A stretch of DNA of 54,767 nt, filler included, from Bipalium vagum (GCA_037834085.1; 3 parts of 3 records of this genome joined end to end with filler, not necessarily neighbours in it), one strand, 5' to 3'; shown: positions 38,665 through 53,400, counted from the whole stretch's first letter. Numbers and translations are program-made. Notes: generated from the letters alone by a model not told the origin.

Positions 38665-39022
38665 CTTTTAAATGTAATAAAATGATTTTTGTGTGCAACG
38701 CGATTCGAGGTTTTATCAGCTGGTAATGATATTTAACATTTAAATATTATTAAATGAAAACAAAGCAGTTTTTTATAATTAAATTATTTTAAAAATTATA
38801 AGTAGTTAAAATTATCTTTAATTAATCTGAACAATCACTAATAATCCATTGATTTTTAAAATTTCCAATTTTTATATTGATCCTAGCGATTTTTCTTTCA
38901 ACACTGTTTCAAAATAATTTCTCACAATAACTTTTTTTCTTGCACAATTCATGGAAAAATCTAAAACTTTACTGGTACTACTTAATTCTGTATGTTCACT
39001 AATAATTTTCTGTTCTGACAGA

Positions 39023-40280
39023 CACAAGAGGCAGTCTAAAAGTTTCGGGCATGGAGAATATGGAAAGGTTTAGTATAAAATAAAAAAAAGTTAATCAAAA
39101 CATATGTTATTTTAGTACTATATTACTTTTGGTTTTTGTATAAGTGCTAATTTACATTTAAATATAGTATAGGAAGTGGAAAATATGAATTTATCAATGG
39201 AAAACTTTCGAGCAATGATTTTATATGATTTCCGATACGGATTGACAAAGCAGCAATGTCTCGATCGCCTAAGTTTAGCATTTCCTAATGAAGCTCCATC
39301 AAAAACCACGTATCGATGGTTTTATGAATTTAATTCTGGACGCGTCTTTGTGGGTGTTGATTTCAGAAAAGGTGGTCCAAAAACAAGTTTATCCGATGAG
39401 AATATTGAAGTTTTTCGTGAATTAATTGAAGAAGATCGTCGGATAACATATGAAGAAATTCAGACATTATTAAACATATCTCCGACTTCAATTCATTCTA
39501 TTTTACATGAATTCTTTGGTGTCAAAAGCTATCTTCTCGTTGAATACTGCATATCCTTACAATTGATCAAAAATGATATCGTGTTAATTGGTCCAAAGCT
39601 AAGGCTGATAAATTTAATTAATTTATTTTTTTTTGTTTTTAACCTCAAACATGTTTATGACATCGTCAGTGACAATGAATCATGGATATACTCATAGCAA
39701 TCCAAAACAAAGCAGCAGTCAACTGTTTTGGTGTTTTAGGGAGACAAATTATCAATTAAAGTTATTCTATCTTGGAACACCTCCAAGCAAATAGTTGTCT
39801 GTCTCATAGCCAAATGAGGTCATATCGCTACCATTCCTTTAGATGATCGTCGCACAGTTACTTCGAATTGATATATCACAGTTTGGTTGCCTGAAGTCCT
39901 CAAAGAATGGAGAAAAAAATTCAAAACGCTTCATTATGCTTCATCATAATAATGCCACTTCCCATACAGTCCATAAAACAATCGATTTTTTGAGGACTCA
40001 AAACGTTGAATTGTTAAGTCACCATCTCATAGTTCTGATTTGGCACAAAATGACTTCTTTACACCTGGTTCCATAAAAAAATTGCATGGGCAAACAACAT
40101 ATTTTGCACATACCGACTTTGGATTGGAATAAATGTTCCAATGACTGGTTTAACAGAATGCAAAAGTGTATAGGTTGTGACGGAGAATACTTCGAAACAC
40201 AATGTTAATTCGATGTTAATTATTATAATAAATATATGCTGTTGTGTGTCATTCTAGAAACTTTTCGACTGACCTACGTA
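39023..40280 (+). mobile_element. Near full-length mariner element, transposase pseudogene
   Basis: ORF 39176-39697 has FRAMILYDF, LAFPNEAPSKTTYRWFYEF and IVSDNESWIY; downstream are LHHNNATSH and RMQKCIGCDGEYFE. Degenerate TIRs: CAGTCTAAAAGTTTC and GAAACTTTTCGACTG. Confidence 0.92.
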
Positions 40281-40539
40281 TATCGCTATCAGATTTCCAT
40301 TTATTTAGTTCAATGTAAACAATTTTTCCAGGAAGGAATTTTTTACATATCTTTAATATTAAAATAGGATGAATGGTTTTCCTGCATCCAATTTTTGATT
40401 TGAAACCGGACTTCAACATTTGTTGAAAAATCGTTGAAGAACATTGACATATGAGCATTGATGAACAAAGTTTATTAATAACATTGTTACCTTCAATGCT
40501 ATTGTACTGATGTTATGCATTCAGAAATTTTATATTATC

Positions 40540-40945
40540 TATATTCTACTCAATCATCTTCAAATGATATCATAATCGTGATTTTTATAATTTTCTTCAT
40601 TAATATAGGATTAGAGAATAGAAATTTTGTTGTAAAACACCTTTACTTCTTTCTGTTTAACTCACAAACTCTCTGAAAAATATAAAAAATCTTGATATTT
40701 AAAATTTTAAAAAGATTTATAATCTTTAAATTTAAAATAATATTTTTTATTTATATTAAAATTATCAATCAAGGAAAACATTCATTGATTTCTGCTTTCA
40801 TCACTTTGTGAATTAATTTCCAGTTTCATGTTTTGGATCACTAGTGACTCACAATTTTCTTTCTTCGTGATTATTAAAATGTTCCATTACTACACAGAAT
40901 CAAATTTTCTTTTCATTCCTTAGAACTAACAGCGTGATCCAGACC
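40540..40945 (-). mobile_element. Penelope-like 3' fragment (GIY-YIG end and partial pLTR)
   Basis: Shares TCTTCAAATGATATCA..ATCGTGATTTT and TTTGTGAATTAATTTC with 11400-11760. Translates LDHAVSS...NCESLVIQNMKLEIN. Confidence 0.7.
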
Positions 40946-42272
40946 TCTGTTAATGATATATTATACGATTAAGATATAAATAATAAAATAATACTTATTA
41001 TTATTCACTTAAGTTTTTAATATATTTTTATTCTCCTATCACAATTCACAATTTTATCTACCCATCCTACTGATTTCTAAAGTAAAAAATATTTAAAAAT
41101 AAAAATTAATTAAATAATAAAAAGTTTAACATTTAAAAAATAATGTTCCCTCTTCGTCTACGAAGCTTGTATTATTTAACTTAGAAAATAAGATATTCCG
41201 TAAATTCAGACTTACAACAGACCCAGTAACATTTTTTTCCAAAGATTGGGTCTTTTATCTCTGGTTTCATCTAAGTCTGAACCCTAAGCCATTTATTTCA
41301 ATCAAGCACCAGATATTATTTAGGAAGTGTAGTAAATCTTCACTCACAGAATGAATATTTTATGCTTGAGTAAATTTTATGGAAAATATCACAAATAATA
41401 AACGTGTAATATTTATAATTATTTTCTATATTTATAATAATCTATAATTAATAAGTTAATAATAATATTATTTATTTGAAAATATCATATGATATTATTT
41501 TTTAAAACTAATCTGATTTTGTAATGTCCGCTCTAATTTTTGAATACCTCTTAAAAGGTATGAATTTTCGCGTGTAATTTCCAAAAAATTAATGTTATTT
41601 TAATAAATTATTATACAATATGTAATACACTTAACATTACATAATGGGTATTGTGGTACTGCATGCCACCACATTTATATGATATTATATTATCCTCTCC
41701 ATTCTAATCTTTAATACCTTTGTTTAACCAGTGTAACTTTTAATTTCCCAATCCAATCTAATAAATTAATTTCGATCTCTTTCCAAATAATTAAACGTAT
41801 AATTAAACAATAATAAAAATCTCGAGAAAATATTTATTTGGGGAAAGAATTTTGAAATATTCAAAGAATTATTTTCTTTGAATTTAGAGAGATTTCATTA
41901 TATGTAAAATATGAATAAATATATATGTATAAAAATTAATTTGAGAAATAATTTATATTTAAGGTCTTTGGGAAAAAATAAATTATTACTCTTTGAAAAT
42001 GATCTAAAAATAGAAATCTTTTATTAGAGAATATTTACATTTTTATGTGCATTATTCCTAAAATCCACAATATATATATTCATACTTATATTGTACGAAG
42101 AACGGAATTTCCTTTTTAAAATTAAATCAATTTCATTTACATTTTGACAATTATTTTATTTTTATTTTAATTTTGTAAATTTTCTTATCTTTACTCCGTG
42201 TTTTTTTTTAATAAAACAAAAATAATTATAGAAAAAAATGTCTTTTCACTTGTAAAACTTTAAACATTGAGA

Positions 42273-42428
42273 NNNNNNNNNNNNNNNNNNNNNNNNNNNN
42301 NNNNNNNNNNNNNNNNNNNNNNNNNNNNNNNNNNNNNNNNNNNNNNNNNNNNNNNNNNNNNNNNNNNNNNNNNNNNNNNNNNNNNNNNNNNNNNNNNNNN
42401 NNNNNNNNNNNNNNNNNNNNNNNNNNNN
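42273..42428. other. Assembly gap (156 N)
   Basis: Run of N. Confidence 0.95.
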
Positions 42429-44019
42429 GATTGTTAATTTTATTATAATTATTTTCATTTTTATTATTGGTATTATTATTATTATTATCAATATACAAGG
42501 CTTATATGAGGGCAGAAAGTAATTAAAGCAATGAAGTAAAATAGATAAAGTTTTGCTATTTTTCCTGATTGAAGTACAGGTGATCACTTGACAAAATCAG
42601 GTTTCTGAAAAATTCATGTGAAAGAAAATCATTGTGAAGAAAAATCATTCCAAACTGAACCTATTTTATTAATTTATTGATTAATATCATATGAGAAATA
42701 AAAGAAATATGAGGCCATTAAAGATACACTGCTGCGTCGGTGTGGTTTATCAAAGGCTAATATAATAATGATAATACATTTACATCTCACTGGGATTAAG
42801 GAATTACTACAAACAGAGCCCGCGTCGGCATAGTAAAGAGTCCGGTGCGTTAATTGCAGAAATTGAAAATCAATTAAAGAATGGGAAAAGGGAATTTTAA
42901 TTTATGCCCACTGACACAAAGAAGAACTACGGAATCCTGCTCAGGTCGGGCGAGTGAGGAAGGAGTTTGGTAAAATTGAACGACAGATATTCATTAGGAT
43001 AACTGGGAAAAGTATGTTCTCTTAACGGTCGAGGATGGGGAAAGCGTTTTCCATTGTGGTGTATGAAATAAAAATTTAACATAAAAAATGTTTGGTAGTG
43101 TAGCAGTTCATTACTAAAATGATAAAATAATATAAAATTTAGTAATAAAAGGATTTAGGATAGAAAATCTTACCTACATAAGGATTTTAGTTTCATGCTC
43201 ATCCGACGAGCAGATTCCTATTTTATAAGTCTGCTCGTTTATCTTGAAAGATCAAAGTCTGTAGACAGGCAACGGGAACTTCTCCTTAGAATTCGTATCG
43301 GAACAACAAAGATTAAAATAAGGCTTTCTTAGCCACAGGTTTTATATTTTATAAAATTAATAAACTTTTCGTAATATATTATTATCATATTTGTAAAATG
43401 AAATTAATTTTAATTATATGACTTATATTAAACAAATAAAACGCCTAAAATTGTTGGTATTCATACATTTGGTTATTGTTGTTTAAATCGTCTTCTTCGA
43501 AAATATGTAAACATCACTTTGTATACGTTTGAAAATGATGATATTTTTTAAAAAGATAAAAAATAATATTAAATAAAAAAAGAACTTTCGAAATATTCTA
43601 AATAGAGCGCTTCATCATTAAATATATTAAAGAATCAATCGGTTTACCGCAATTCTTAAACTTTTACTATAATAAATAATATAAAGTTGACAAATTTAAT
43701 TAAAATGATAAAAATATTTTATAGAAATAAATTTAATTAAAACCTTTTCCCATTCCATTTCAATTTTGATTATTTGACAATTATTGCCAATCTACGGAAA
43801 AATATTTATTAAGACAGGCTAAATAAAGTCGGAGGAAAAAACAATGTGCACCGTTTACTTCTCCAAATAATAATAATTTTTATTAATATTAATATTACAG
43901 TGTTTCTCAGACCAATTTGAAAATGTTTCATTCAATTTAAAAAAAATAGAAATGAAATCAATAGACATCAATTTCCAGAAATTTGAGAAACCCAATTTTG
44001 ACACACAAAATTATATTTA

Positions 44020-45160
44020 ACCAACAACATAGTCATCATCATTTTACAACAACTGTCTCCCATCTTAAAACAAGCTTTTCAATGCCTTTTTTTAAAAAAA
44101 CTTTCTGATTTCGACTTTTAACATCAGCAAGGGAACGATATTTTTCCCTGTCCAAAAATTTTGGAGTGAATGAAATAAGTAGTAATCATATGATGCGTAA
44201 TCAGAGGAGTTAGGAGGATGCGGTAGAACTTCCCACTGAAGTTGTCGTATCTTTTCCTGGGTCTTCTTTGCTGCATGAGGTTTAGTGTTATCGTTTTGAA
44301 GGAAAACATTTATTCTATTAACACGTCTGGATGTTTTTTTGCAATCTGTATCAGTTAAATGCCTCAACTGATCACAGTAAACATTTGCGGTACTCTTTTA
44401 GCCAGGTTTGAAAAACAATCCCGTAGATGTTTCACCAAATTTGTAGTAAAACTTTTTATGCATGAATATTTGGTTTTACGACTGATACTGGTCGTTCTTT
44501 AGCAGATAACCATCGACGTTTACGCTTTTGATTATCATGGAGGATCCATTTTTATCTCCGGTTATGATTCAGTGCAAAAACGACTTCTTTTGTTGTCTAC
44601 TTAACAATGAATTACAGATCGTTATGCACTGTATCTTGATCGAATCTGACAAAATATGTGGAACCCAAACTCCTTCTCTCAAGGCTTTTTCCATTTCTTT
44701 TAAGTGATTATATACTGTTGATTTCGGTACTCCAATGGCTTTTGCAATGTTCTCAAGACTTTGTTGTGGATCTGATCCCACTATCGATTTTTATGCGTCA
44801 TAATCTATGGTAAATGGCCTACAAGATTTTGGGTCATCTTTGAAATCTATGTTTCTATTTTTAAATTTTGAAAACCATCGCTGAATTTTGCACACGCTCA
44901 GGACATTTGAATAGACTGCATTAATATTTCCAGTAGTCACTGTTGCACTATTTTTCTTCATCAATTAAAGTAACATTCAATTTCGGAGATGGTCTTCTGT
45001 TGGTTTATCGTCAGACATTTTTTTCAGTAAACGATCAAGAAAAATGATTTCCGATATCAATCAACTATAACATGTCATTTAATTTAAATTAAAAATCTTT
45101 TCAAATACTCAAAGGGAAATTATATAAGAAAAAGACATTACTTTTCGTAATACCTAATAT
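44020..45160 (-). mobile_element. Near full-length mariner element, transposase pseudogene
   Basis: TIR TATTAGGTATTACGAAAAGTAATG near 45135-45160. Motifs IQRWFSKFK, GVWVPHILS, IITGDK.WILHDN, FLQNDNTKPH and LPHPPNSSDYASYDYYLF. Confidence 0.92.
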
Positions 45161-45399
45161 CATTATTATTTATTTTATTATTTATATTTATATAATTAAA
45201 ATTTTTTTCTCAGGTCGATATATTTTGAGATTTTTTGCTGATCATTTTAAAATTAAGTGTTTGTCTTTTATGTTTCTTTAGTTTTCTTTAATGGTTTTAA
45301 GCAATTTTTTACTTATAAAAGACAGATGGTTTTTGTGAGGAACATTTGTTGCTAAACTTCGGTTTAATTTCCCTATATTCTTCTTTTTCCACCGATTTT

Positions 45400-45850
45400 T
45401 TTTCTTTGAATTGTGTTGTGCGAAAAGGGAAAGTTAATGCTGAAGAATTTCGAATACTTATGAATAATTTTGATAATAACGATAAACGGAAGATATGTGA
45501 ATCGTTATTAATAAAAGAGCGGCAACCGGAGATCAATATTCAAACTGGAGAAAGTAAAAGCCAATGGGTGGTCAATGTTTTCTCAGATTAATTAATTTTT
45601 AAAGTTTTTTTTAAAAAGAGAAGAGAATTTTTTAAAAATTAAAAATAATAATTTCCACCATTCAAAATTTTACAAAATATTTAAATTAAAAATTAGACCG
45701 ACGCTTAGATAAATAAAGTGTGTTGTTTTAAATATGAATGACTGATGATGAACTGATAATAGTTCGAAACATGTTTCTTGTTAATAAATCTTTGGAAAAA
45801 ATTTGTTCAAAACTATTGAAAAGCGTGTATTTAAAAAAAATATATATAAC
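45400..45850 (+). mobile_element. Penelope-like element 3' end (GIY-YIG C-terminus and pLTR)
   Basis: FRILMNNFDNNDKRKICESLLIKERQPEINIQ, followed by a UTR containing a hammerhead. Confidence 0.8.
45737..45780 (+). ncRNA. Minimal type I hammerhead ribozyme
   Basis: ATGA-CTGATGA-T-GAACT-gataat-AGTTC-GAAA-CATG-TT-TCTT: full core, perfect 5-bp stem II, one mismatch in stem I. Confidence 0.8.
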
Positions 45851-45879
45851 CACCTTCTGTTTACGGATCCACTAATAAA

Positions 45880-46690
45880 AATAGATCATTTTCAAAGAAA
45901 GATGCATCCTTTTCATTGAAAAATCTTTTCACTACTCTTTGGACTATATCTTCTGTCTTGTTAAATGTTTTCTCCAGTGAGTAAACAAAAAATCACTAAG
46001 ACAAAAGTCATACAGTTTGTTTGAAACTAAAAAGAATCCGTTTCCAGCGAGAACACCCTTAGATTATTGATTTCAATGATTTCCGAAGTTAATCTTTAAC
46101 ACAGCATTTTTATTTCAAAACAGAGTAACGATGAAGCATTCTCGATGAAATGTTTCTTAACCAAGTATGTTTAATGGGCTTTCCTGGAACAGAGCCTTCA
46201 GAAGACTCTTGGTTGCTGTATGGAATATAATATTCTGCATTATAATATTCTTCAAATAACTCTGCTCAAAAGCATGGAATAGGGTCAGATATTTTGACAA
46301 TACCGCATTCGCTTTTCTCATACCTTTATGAGACGAATCGACTGTATAATTTTCTGATTTCAATGCTCTGCGACATGTTCTAAACACCATCTTTACTTAA
46401 AATAGTTCTAATAAATAACTCTCTTTTTTCACAATAATCTTTAATTTTTCGAATTTCGCTTTGCCAATTTCGATTGATCGTCCACTATTTTCTTCATTTA
46501 ACATTTATCCAGTCAAAAAATTTTTGATCCAATTATAAATAGTAGCCTCACATAATGGTTTATTTTCATATGCCAGCGTGAGGCTGAAAAAATATCTTTT
46601 TTTTGTCCTCCTCAGAAGAAAAACCGATTTACGCTGATAAACTCAACTTGGTAGTACATTTCAAAGAAAGTGCCGTAAATAATGTCATTA
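45880..46690 (-). mobile_element. Decayed mariner element
   Basis: LTLAYENKPLCEATIYNWIKNF matches the mariner N-terminal HTH region; the rest is degenerate. Confidence 0.55.
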
Positions 46691-47019
46691 CACGGTTATT
46701 ATCTAGAGCAAATCCTATAATATTTGCTTATATATTACTTGTTTTATGTAGAAAATTTTATAGACTTTAATTTTATTTCTGTACGATTCTGGACTTTTAT
46801 TCATATCAAATATTATTTTCATCAATGATTTTTAAATTTCAAATAATATGAAATTTTAAATCAATATAATCAAAGAATTAAAATATTTATTCCATATTTT
46901 TAACATGATTAACTATTTTTGTCAGTGATCAGATAACTTCTAAGTCATTCGTAAAATAGTTCTCACAAAATGTACAACAAACATAAAATGCTTTTCATAA
47001 AAATTTTAAAAATAGTTAA

Positions 47020-47150
47020 GAATATAAAAAATATTAAAAAAATATAAAAATATAAAAAATAATAAAATATTAAAAATTATAAAAATATTAAAAATTATAA
47101 AAATATTAAAAAATATTTAAAAAATATAAAAATATAAAAAATATAAAATT
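47020..47150. repeat. AT-only minisatellite (AAAATAT(T)A units)
   Basis: Seen directly. Confidence 0.7.
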
Positions 47151-47422
47151 ATATTGTACTGGTTGGAAAATGGTGAAGTAAGTTAAATTTTCAGTTTTCT
47201 TATTTTTAGTATTATTTTAAAAAATCAATAAATATTTTTTTTCGTTTATTAATAAATATCCTTTCGGCTTAAAAAAATAAAGTCAAAATCAAAGCTTCTG
47301 TGAATTTGACATTCCTACAATAAGCAAAACAAACAACAAAAGACAAAAGACAACACTTCTTTAATAGTTAACAATTGGATTTCTATTATATGATATTTTT
47401 AATTCACCATACATCTATTCAG

Positions 47423-50400
47423 TTACGGAGATATGACTCCAAAAACCGTCGTGGGTAAGATTCTCGGCGGTATTTGCTCATTATCAGGTCTTCTTGTGAT
47501 TGCTCTTCCGGTCCCGGTAATTGTATCCAATTTTAGTAGGATTTATCACCAAAATCAAAGAGCTGATAAAAGAAAAGCTCAGCAGGTTGGACAATTAAAT
47601 TTTATATTGTTTGTCTGTTAACGAATCTTTCAATTCAATAAAACAAATATTCACCGTCGATTAAAACAACATAAAATATCAAGTTTATTTTAAAATTTTA
47701 CCAAAAGCCGATCGATATTTTCATCTGATAAATAATATATATAAATTTATCAGCCAAAGTGGCAGTCTGGTTTGGAACGATAGTGCAAATAATAGTAATA
47801 ATAATAATATTATTATTATTACTGAACATTTACACATTGTCCTCTGTTTGTCAATAATTTTCCTCAATGTTTCAAGCCAATTTAATTTAAAATGAAAATT
47901 AATATTTTACAGTACATTTTTGGCTTCAGCCTAAATTTTTGACCTCCAAATTGGAAAGCAACTTAAAAACAAATCAGAAAGAAACGTTTACGAGAATTGA
48001 CTGAAAACAGTCAAACTGTAATTGCCATTGAACAATTAGTTAAAATCGATATCGTAATTAATAATTAAATTTCCTTAATTATTATATTGTATATCATACC
48101 ATAGAATTACGATTGTAAGACTTGATATAATTCTTGTCCAATATTTTGTTTGTTTTAGTCAAGGCCAACTATCAATAGTTTGTTTGAATCAACATGATTC
48201 AAACTAAATTACAATAAATAAATAAATAAATAATCTCCAAGTAAACATAGACAATCAGTGGCCAGAAATCTAAATTAATAACGAGAACTTGATCCCAGAA
48301 ATATCAGCAATGTTTATATAATAAACCTGGGAAAAGACCTTTTCAAATATTTGCTGTTCTGTGACAAGTGTTTTAAATGACAAAATTCGTTGATTTCTCA
48401 AAACGTCTTTATTTGAACAGATTGGATTACGGATTTTCTTTTCAATAATTTTCATTTTTTTTATTACAAATGTTTTTCATTTTATATTTAATATTAATAG
48501 AAAAATATTGACGAATGCTTATCAATGTATATGGGTAAAGTAAGGAGGTCATGACAGTTCTGAGGTTAAGAAAAATTTAGAATTAAAAAAGAATTCTTCT
48601 GATGTCATTTTTCATATTTTATTTTTATTTGAATTCTTTTTAATCTTTATAATTTCTTTTAGAAATATATTTTTATCATTGATTGATTTTATTATAGAAC
48701 GCAATATTTTGTTGATTGATTTTTTGAACGATTTTCATTATTTAATTAAACTAATATTTATAGGGAAAATTGATTATTTCTATCATTATATCATTAAATA
48801 TCTTTTAAATCTTATCAATTATATATTTTATTATTATTAATATTTTTATTATAATAAAATTTTATTTATTAAACAAATTTGACGTACACAAGGCTCATAA
48901 ATTAAATAAGCAAGCACAAATATCTTAAATATAATCAACCAGCATTGGTTTATGATAAATTTTAATCAGCGTTAAAAATTTATTTTCTTCAATCTATATA
49001 AAATTAAGAAAATATTCAATAGTATGGCAGCTCCAAATCTTAGGCGATTTTTCAATGTTTGATATTTCACAAGACTTTAAGAGTGCATTTGATTTCCTTT
49101 TATTAATTCCAATATTGATTAATTGATTTATTACAACCAGATATATAGTCCCAAGAGATCCAATAATCAGCGTCTTCAGTTGGATATTAATCAGGATTTG
49201 TCAGTTTAATTTTCCTTTTCAAGTCCTAATACTTTACGAAATTTTCATTATAACTGATATCAAAGTTTCGTAGAGTCAATTGGAAATTTTAAATAAACCA
49301 AGTAAATAATCATCTACTCTACGTTTGTAATGATCAAATCTACTCTCTTTTGAATCTTAAACCTATTGATATTGTATATTTTTCTGTACAATCAGTTCTG
49401 GTCTTTGAAGTTCTTTGAAGATTTTTTCCAGTCAAATATCATGTCTTTGTCTAATTACGGAAGATTTCTATTGCACATGAGTCATCGATTCATTCTCAGA
49501 ATGAAAGCATCTGCATAGGCGAGCTTGGCCTTCATTATTAAATGGATGATCATTGATTGCAAATGCGTTGGTTCTGGCTTTGAGAATAAATGTAAAGCTA
49601 AACTTTCCAGTATTTTACGAAAAATGCTCTTGTTTGTTGATGGGATAAATTATTATTATAATAATAATTATTTATTATTTTAATTTTGAATATTAATATT
49701 TTACTTATTACTTTTTTTTTATTATTTTAATTTTCATTTTAATATTAATAATAATATTTTTATTTTTTCATAATGCTTAAATAAGTTTTTTCATATTTTT
49801 AATCTTAAATATGTAAAATAAACATTTTTAAACCACAAATCTTTTTGTAAAAGAGAGAAGAAAAATCCATAAGAAACCTTTGGAAACTCAATAAATTTAT
49901 TAATTTTTATAAAAATATTTTTTTAAAAAATTGCAATTTTCATTAAAAAGGTGTCTTAATTTAACAGAATTTGAAATATTAGTTGACTTTTAAATAAAGA
50001 TTTTAAATAAATCAATTAAATCAAGTTAAACAAAAAATTAATTGACTGACCATTTTTCTTAGTCTGAAATAAAATATCATATTTTAAAATAATCTTTAAA
50101 GTTTTATCTTTTACAATTTTTTTATATAATATATTTTTTCATATAAGCATATTTAAATTGAATTAAAAGAATATCTTTTGAAAAAATATTATTATAAAAT
50201 ATAAGTAATAAATAAAAATACTTTAATTTTACATATTAAAAATGTACATATTATTTTGATATATATTTTTTAGATTTAATAATATTATAATAATATTATT
50301 TAATTATCCACAATAAAAAATAAAAAATAATAATATTTTTAAAATGAAATTTCTTTGATATTTCGTAAAAAAGAGAATAAAATATATATTCAATTTATTT

Positions 50401-53400
50401 TCATAAACTTATATTTATATAAAGATTTCAATAGTATAAAAATATAATAAAAAAGTATTCCTAAATTATTTACACAAATAATTAATCAATAAAATCTAAA
50501 AATGAATGCTTCTTGATATTGAGAACAGCTTTTCCTGTCCTTTCAACACAGTAAACATTTTATACATAAAATTTGTATCATAGTTTTCTTGTTCAAAGAT
50601 ATAGACCATTTTCTCCAGGGATTTTATTAAAGAAATATTTGTTAGAAACAAAAAAAAGAAAACAAAAACATGATATATGTTTTCTGTTGATTAACATTAA
50701 CAGGCTGCTCTGTCTCGAAATCAAAAAATATATATATATAATAACAACTAATAATCAACAAAAAAGTTTAACAGTATAAAAATGAAGAAAAATATTTTTA
50801 GTCATTCATAATTGTTTTATTTGATTAAAAAGGGTTTTAAAGTCAAAAACATATGTTCCATATGATTTCAGTCATTTGGTAAACATTTAATAACGGGAAT
50901 TTTTATTGACAAAGTTAATGGGAAATAAAAACAAGATCAGTTTTGGTTATTCTATGAAGGCCTTTTTAAAGTTTTTATTTTAATTTTTTCTGTCTTCATG
51001 AAATTGCTCATTTGCCGAAACCGACCCCTTGAACGGTCCGACATTCCGGAATTAAGTCCAAGCATGTCTCAACACAACCGAATTTAATCGATTAATTGCT
51101 CTCTAATGTGAACCTTTTTGCATAGTAATAATAATATAATAATATTAATCGATCTTTCCAAATCGGATTAATAAATAAATGTTACATTATTTGTTGACGC
51201 GAAAGACACGTGTTGATTTGTCTGGGACAACAAAAATTAATCGAAATTTGAGTCCAAGCAAAATTTTATTTGAAAAGTATTAGTTTTATAAACCATCCGT
51301 TTTTGAGGACTTCCGGTTTTCTAAGATCTTAATATTTTTCCCCATTTTCCTTACCTATTAAAATCCTTGTGTAGTCTCCATATTCTCTGAGAACATGGTA
51401 ACAAACATTTTTTATCAATATTACTTTCAATCGATCATAACTAGAACTGTTTAACGTTTATATTAATGAAAATAAATTAATAATAACAATTAAATAATTT
51501 ATATTAAATGTTATTATTATTTTTGATTAATATTAATTTTAATATTTATATAATTTTAATAAAATAATAATTTTTATATTACAATCACTAATTTTAATAA
51601 TCCTAATTATTTATCAATATTATATTTATATAAATTTAATATTATATAATAAATATAATATTAAATTATTTATATGAATATAACTGGTAAATTATTATAT
51701 AAATTGTAAATTATTGATTTATATAAATATTTCTAATAATTAAAAAAGATATTAATGATAATATTGGTTATGAATCTTTAAATTTCCGTTATTTATTATC
51801 ATATAATAATAATAAGTATTTTTTTCATATTTTTATTTCATCACTGTCCTGTCTTCAGAAAGCTCGAAAAGCTCGAATTATCCTTGCCAAACAATACAAT
51901 AGTATAAATTTTATTCAAAACAAAAATAACGACGAAATGAAACGTCGGTTACGTTGTACCGAATTTGCCAAGGCTCACCAAATTGATAATCCAGAATCAA
52001 CAGCTCATGGTGAAGATGGTTGGCAAGACAGCTTGCTTAAGATTCAGCATCACCATCTTCTCACTTGTCTAGAACAAGTGACAGTAGGTCTATTTTACCA
52101 TTAGTTTAGTTATTTATGTAATCAATTTGTCAAAATTATTTTATATAACGCAATTATTTCATTAATAAAAGTAAAATAGTTTAGTTTTATTGGGTATGTT
52201 CAACTGTTTATTCAAATTGATTAAATTTCTTCGTTCCTATTCATAAAATATTAAATATAATATATATTATAACTGTTCTTCACTGTCATTGCAAAATTAA
52301 GACCAATTCACTCGATGGTTGTAATCGTGACCTGAGTCTTTAACAGAAAAATAACCTGCTTAAAATAAGTTAGCAAATAAGAGAATAACATGAAGAATAT
52401 GCTCTATACTATCGAACATTTTGAAGCTTGTTTACGGAATAACTAAATCATCATTATATTTTCAATTCAACTTAACACAATCCATGACAAAAACGGCGGG
52501 AACTTCTTCGGTCACCCAATATTTCAAAATGTGCTACACACACCCACTTTTAAATGAAATTAGTTTTTGTCAATTATCAGGTCAGATTAATAAGTTGAAT
52601 TTTAATGTAAGGAAACCGAACAAAATTTCTGTTCAATCCAATAAGTTAAGATAACAACCACATTTTATCTAGAAATGAGCTAAAATATTGTTCTGAACAG
52701 ATTATTTTATCATTATTGTTCATTAAGTAAAATCGATCATATCTTACTAAGATAAAATTCTTAAATTTGATAAAGGACTGATGAGATCAACCTTTAACAT
52801 TTCTGATGATAATTAGCATTCAATGAAACTTGGATAATAGGGTTGAAGAAGTTCTCAGTATTACAACGAAGAGTTGCTGGAAAAAAATTAATTCTGTAGA
52901 TTATATAAAACTCACTTATTCACTTCTTATAATAGTGGTTTTGAGAATGAAATCTTGGTATTCCTTAACATTTTAAATTGTCAAGCCCAGATAAAGACTC
53001 CTAACCAGTCCTAAAACCCTTTTACTGGTCCCTGCCTGTTGCGAAAAAACAGCATTAATAAATCTGTTTCACTGTTTTATTAAATATAAAAACAATAAAT
53101 ATTCTGAAAAAAATATTAATTTTCAAATTATCAAAAATTAGTTTGTTTTAATTAACTGAAAGATTTATATAATTTTTTCATAAATAAAATTAATTTATTT
53201 GTTACATCTTTTATGAATTAAAAATTATTGTTTTCAAAGGAATCAGGAAACCTTTTATCAACTCCATTACAAATGTAGCTCATGACATTAATTCTTTGTT
53301 TAAGTCTACCTCTGCAATCATCAAATGTATTGCTAATTATGTTATATATTGTAATTATAAATAAAATATAAAAACTGGGGTCATTATTTTGAGTAATTTT

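Noticed and set aside
42226-42587. ORFs running through the N gap
   Set aside because: Artefacts of N translation and (AAT)n repeats.
52778-52832. CTGATGA...GAAA as a third hammerhead (other CTGANGA hits at 530, 17118, 22505 and 26032 also checked)
   Set aside because: No pairing stem II or stem I, and no valid stem III/NUH arrangement.
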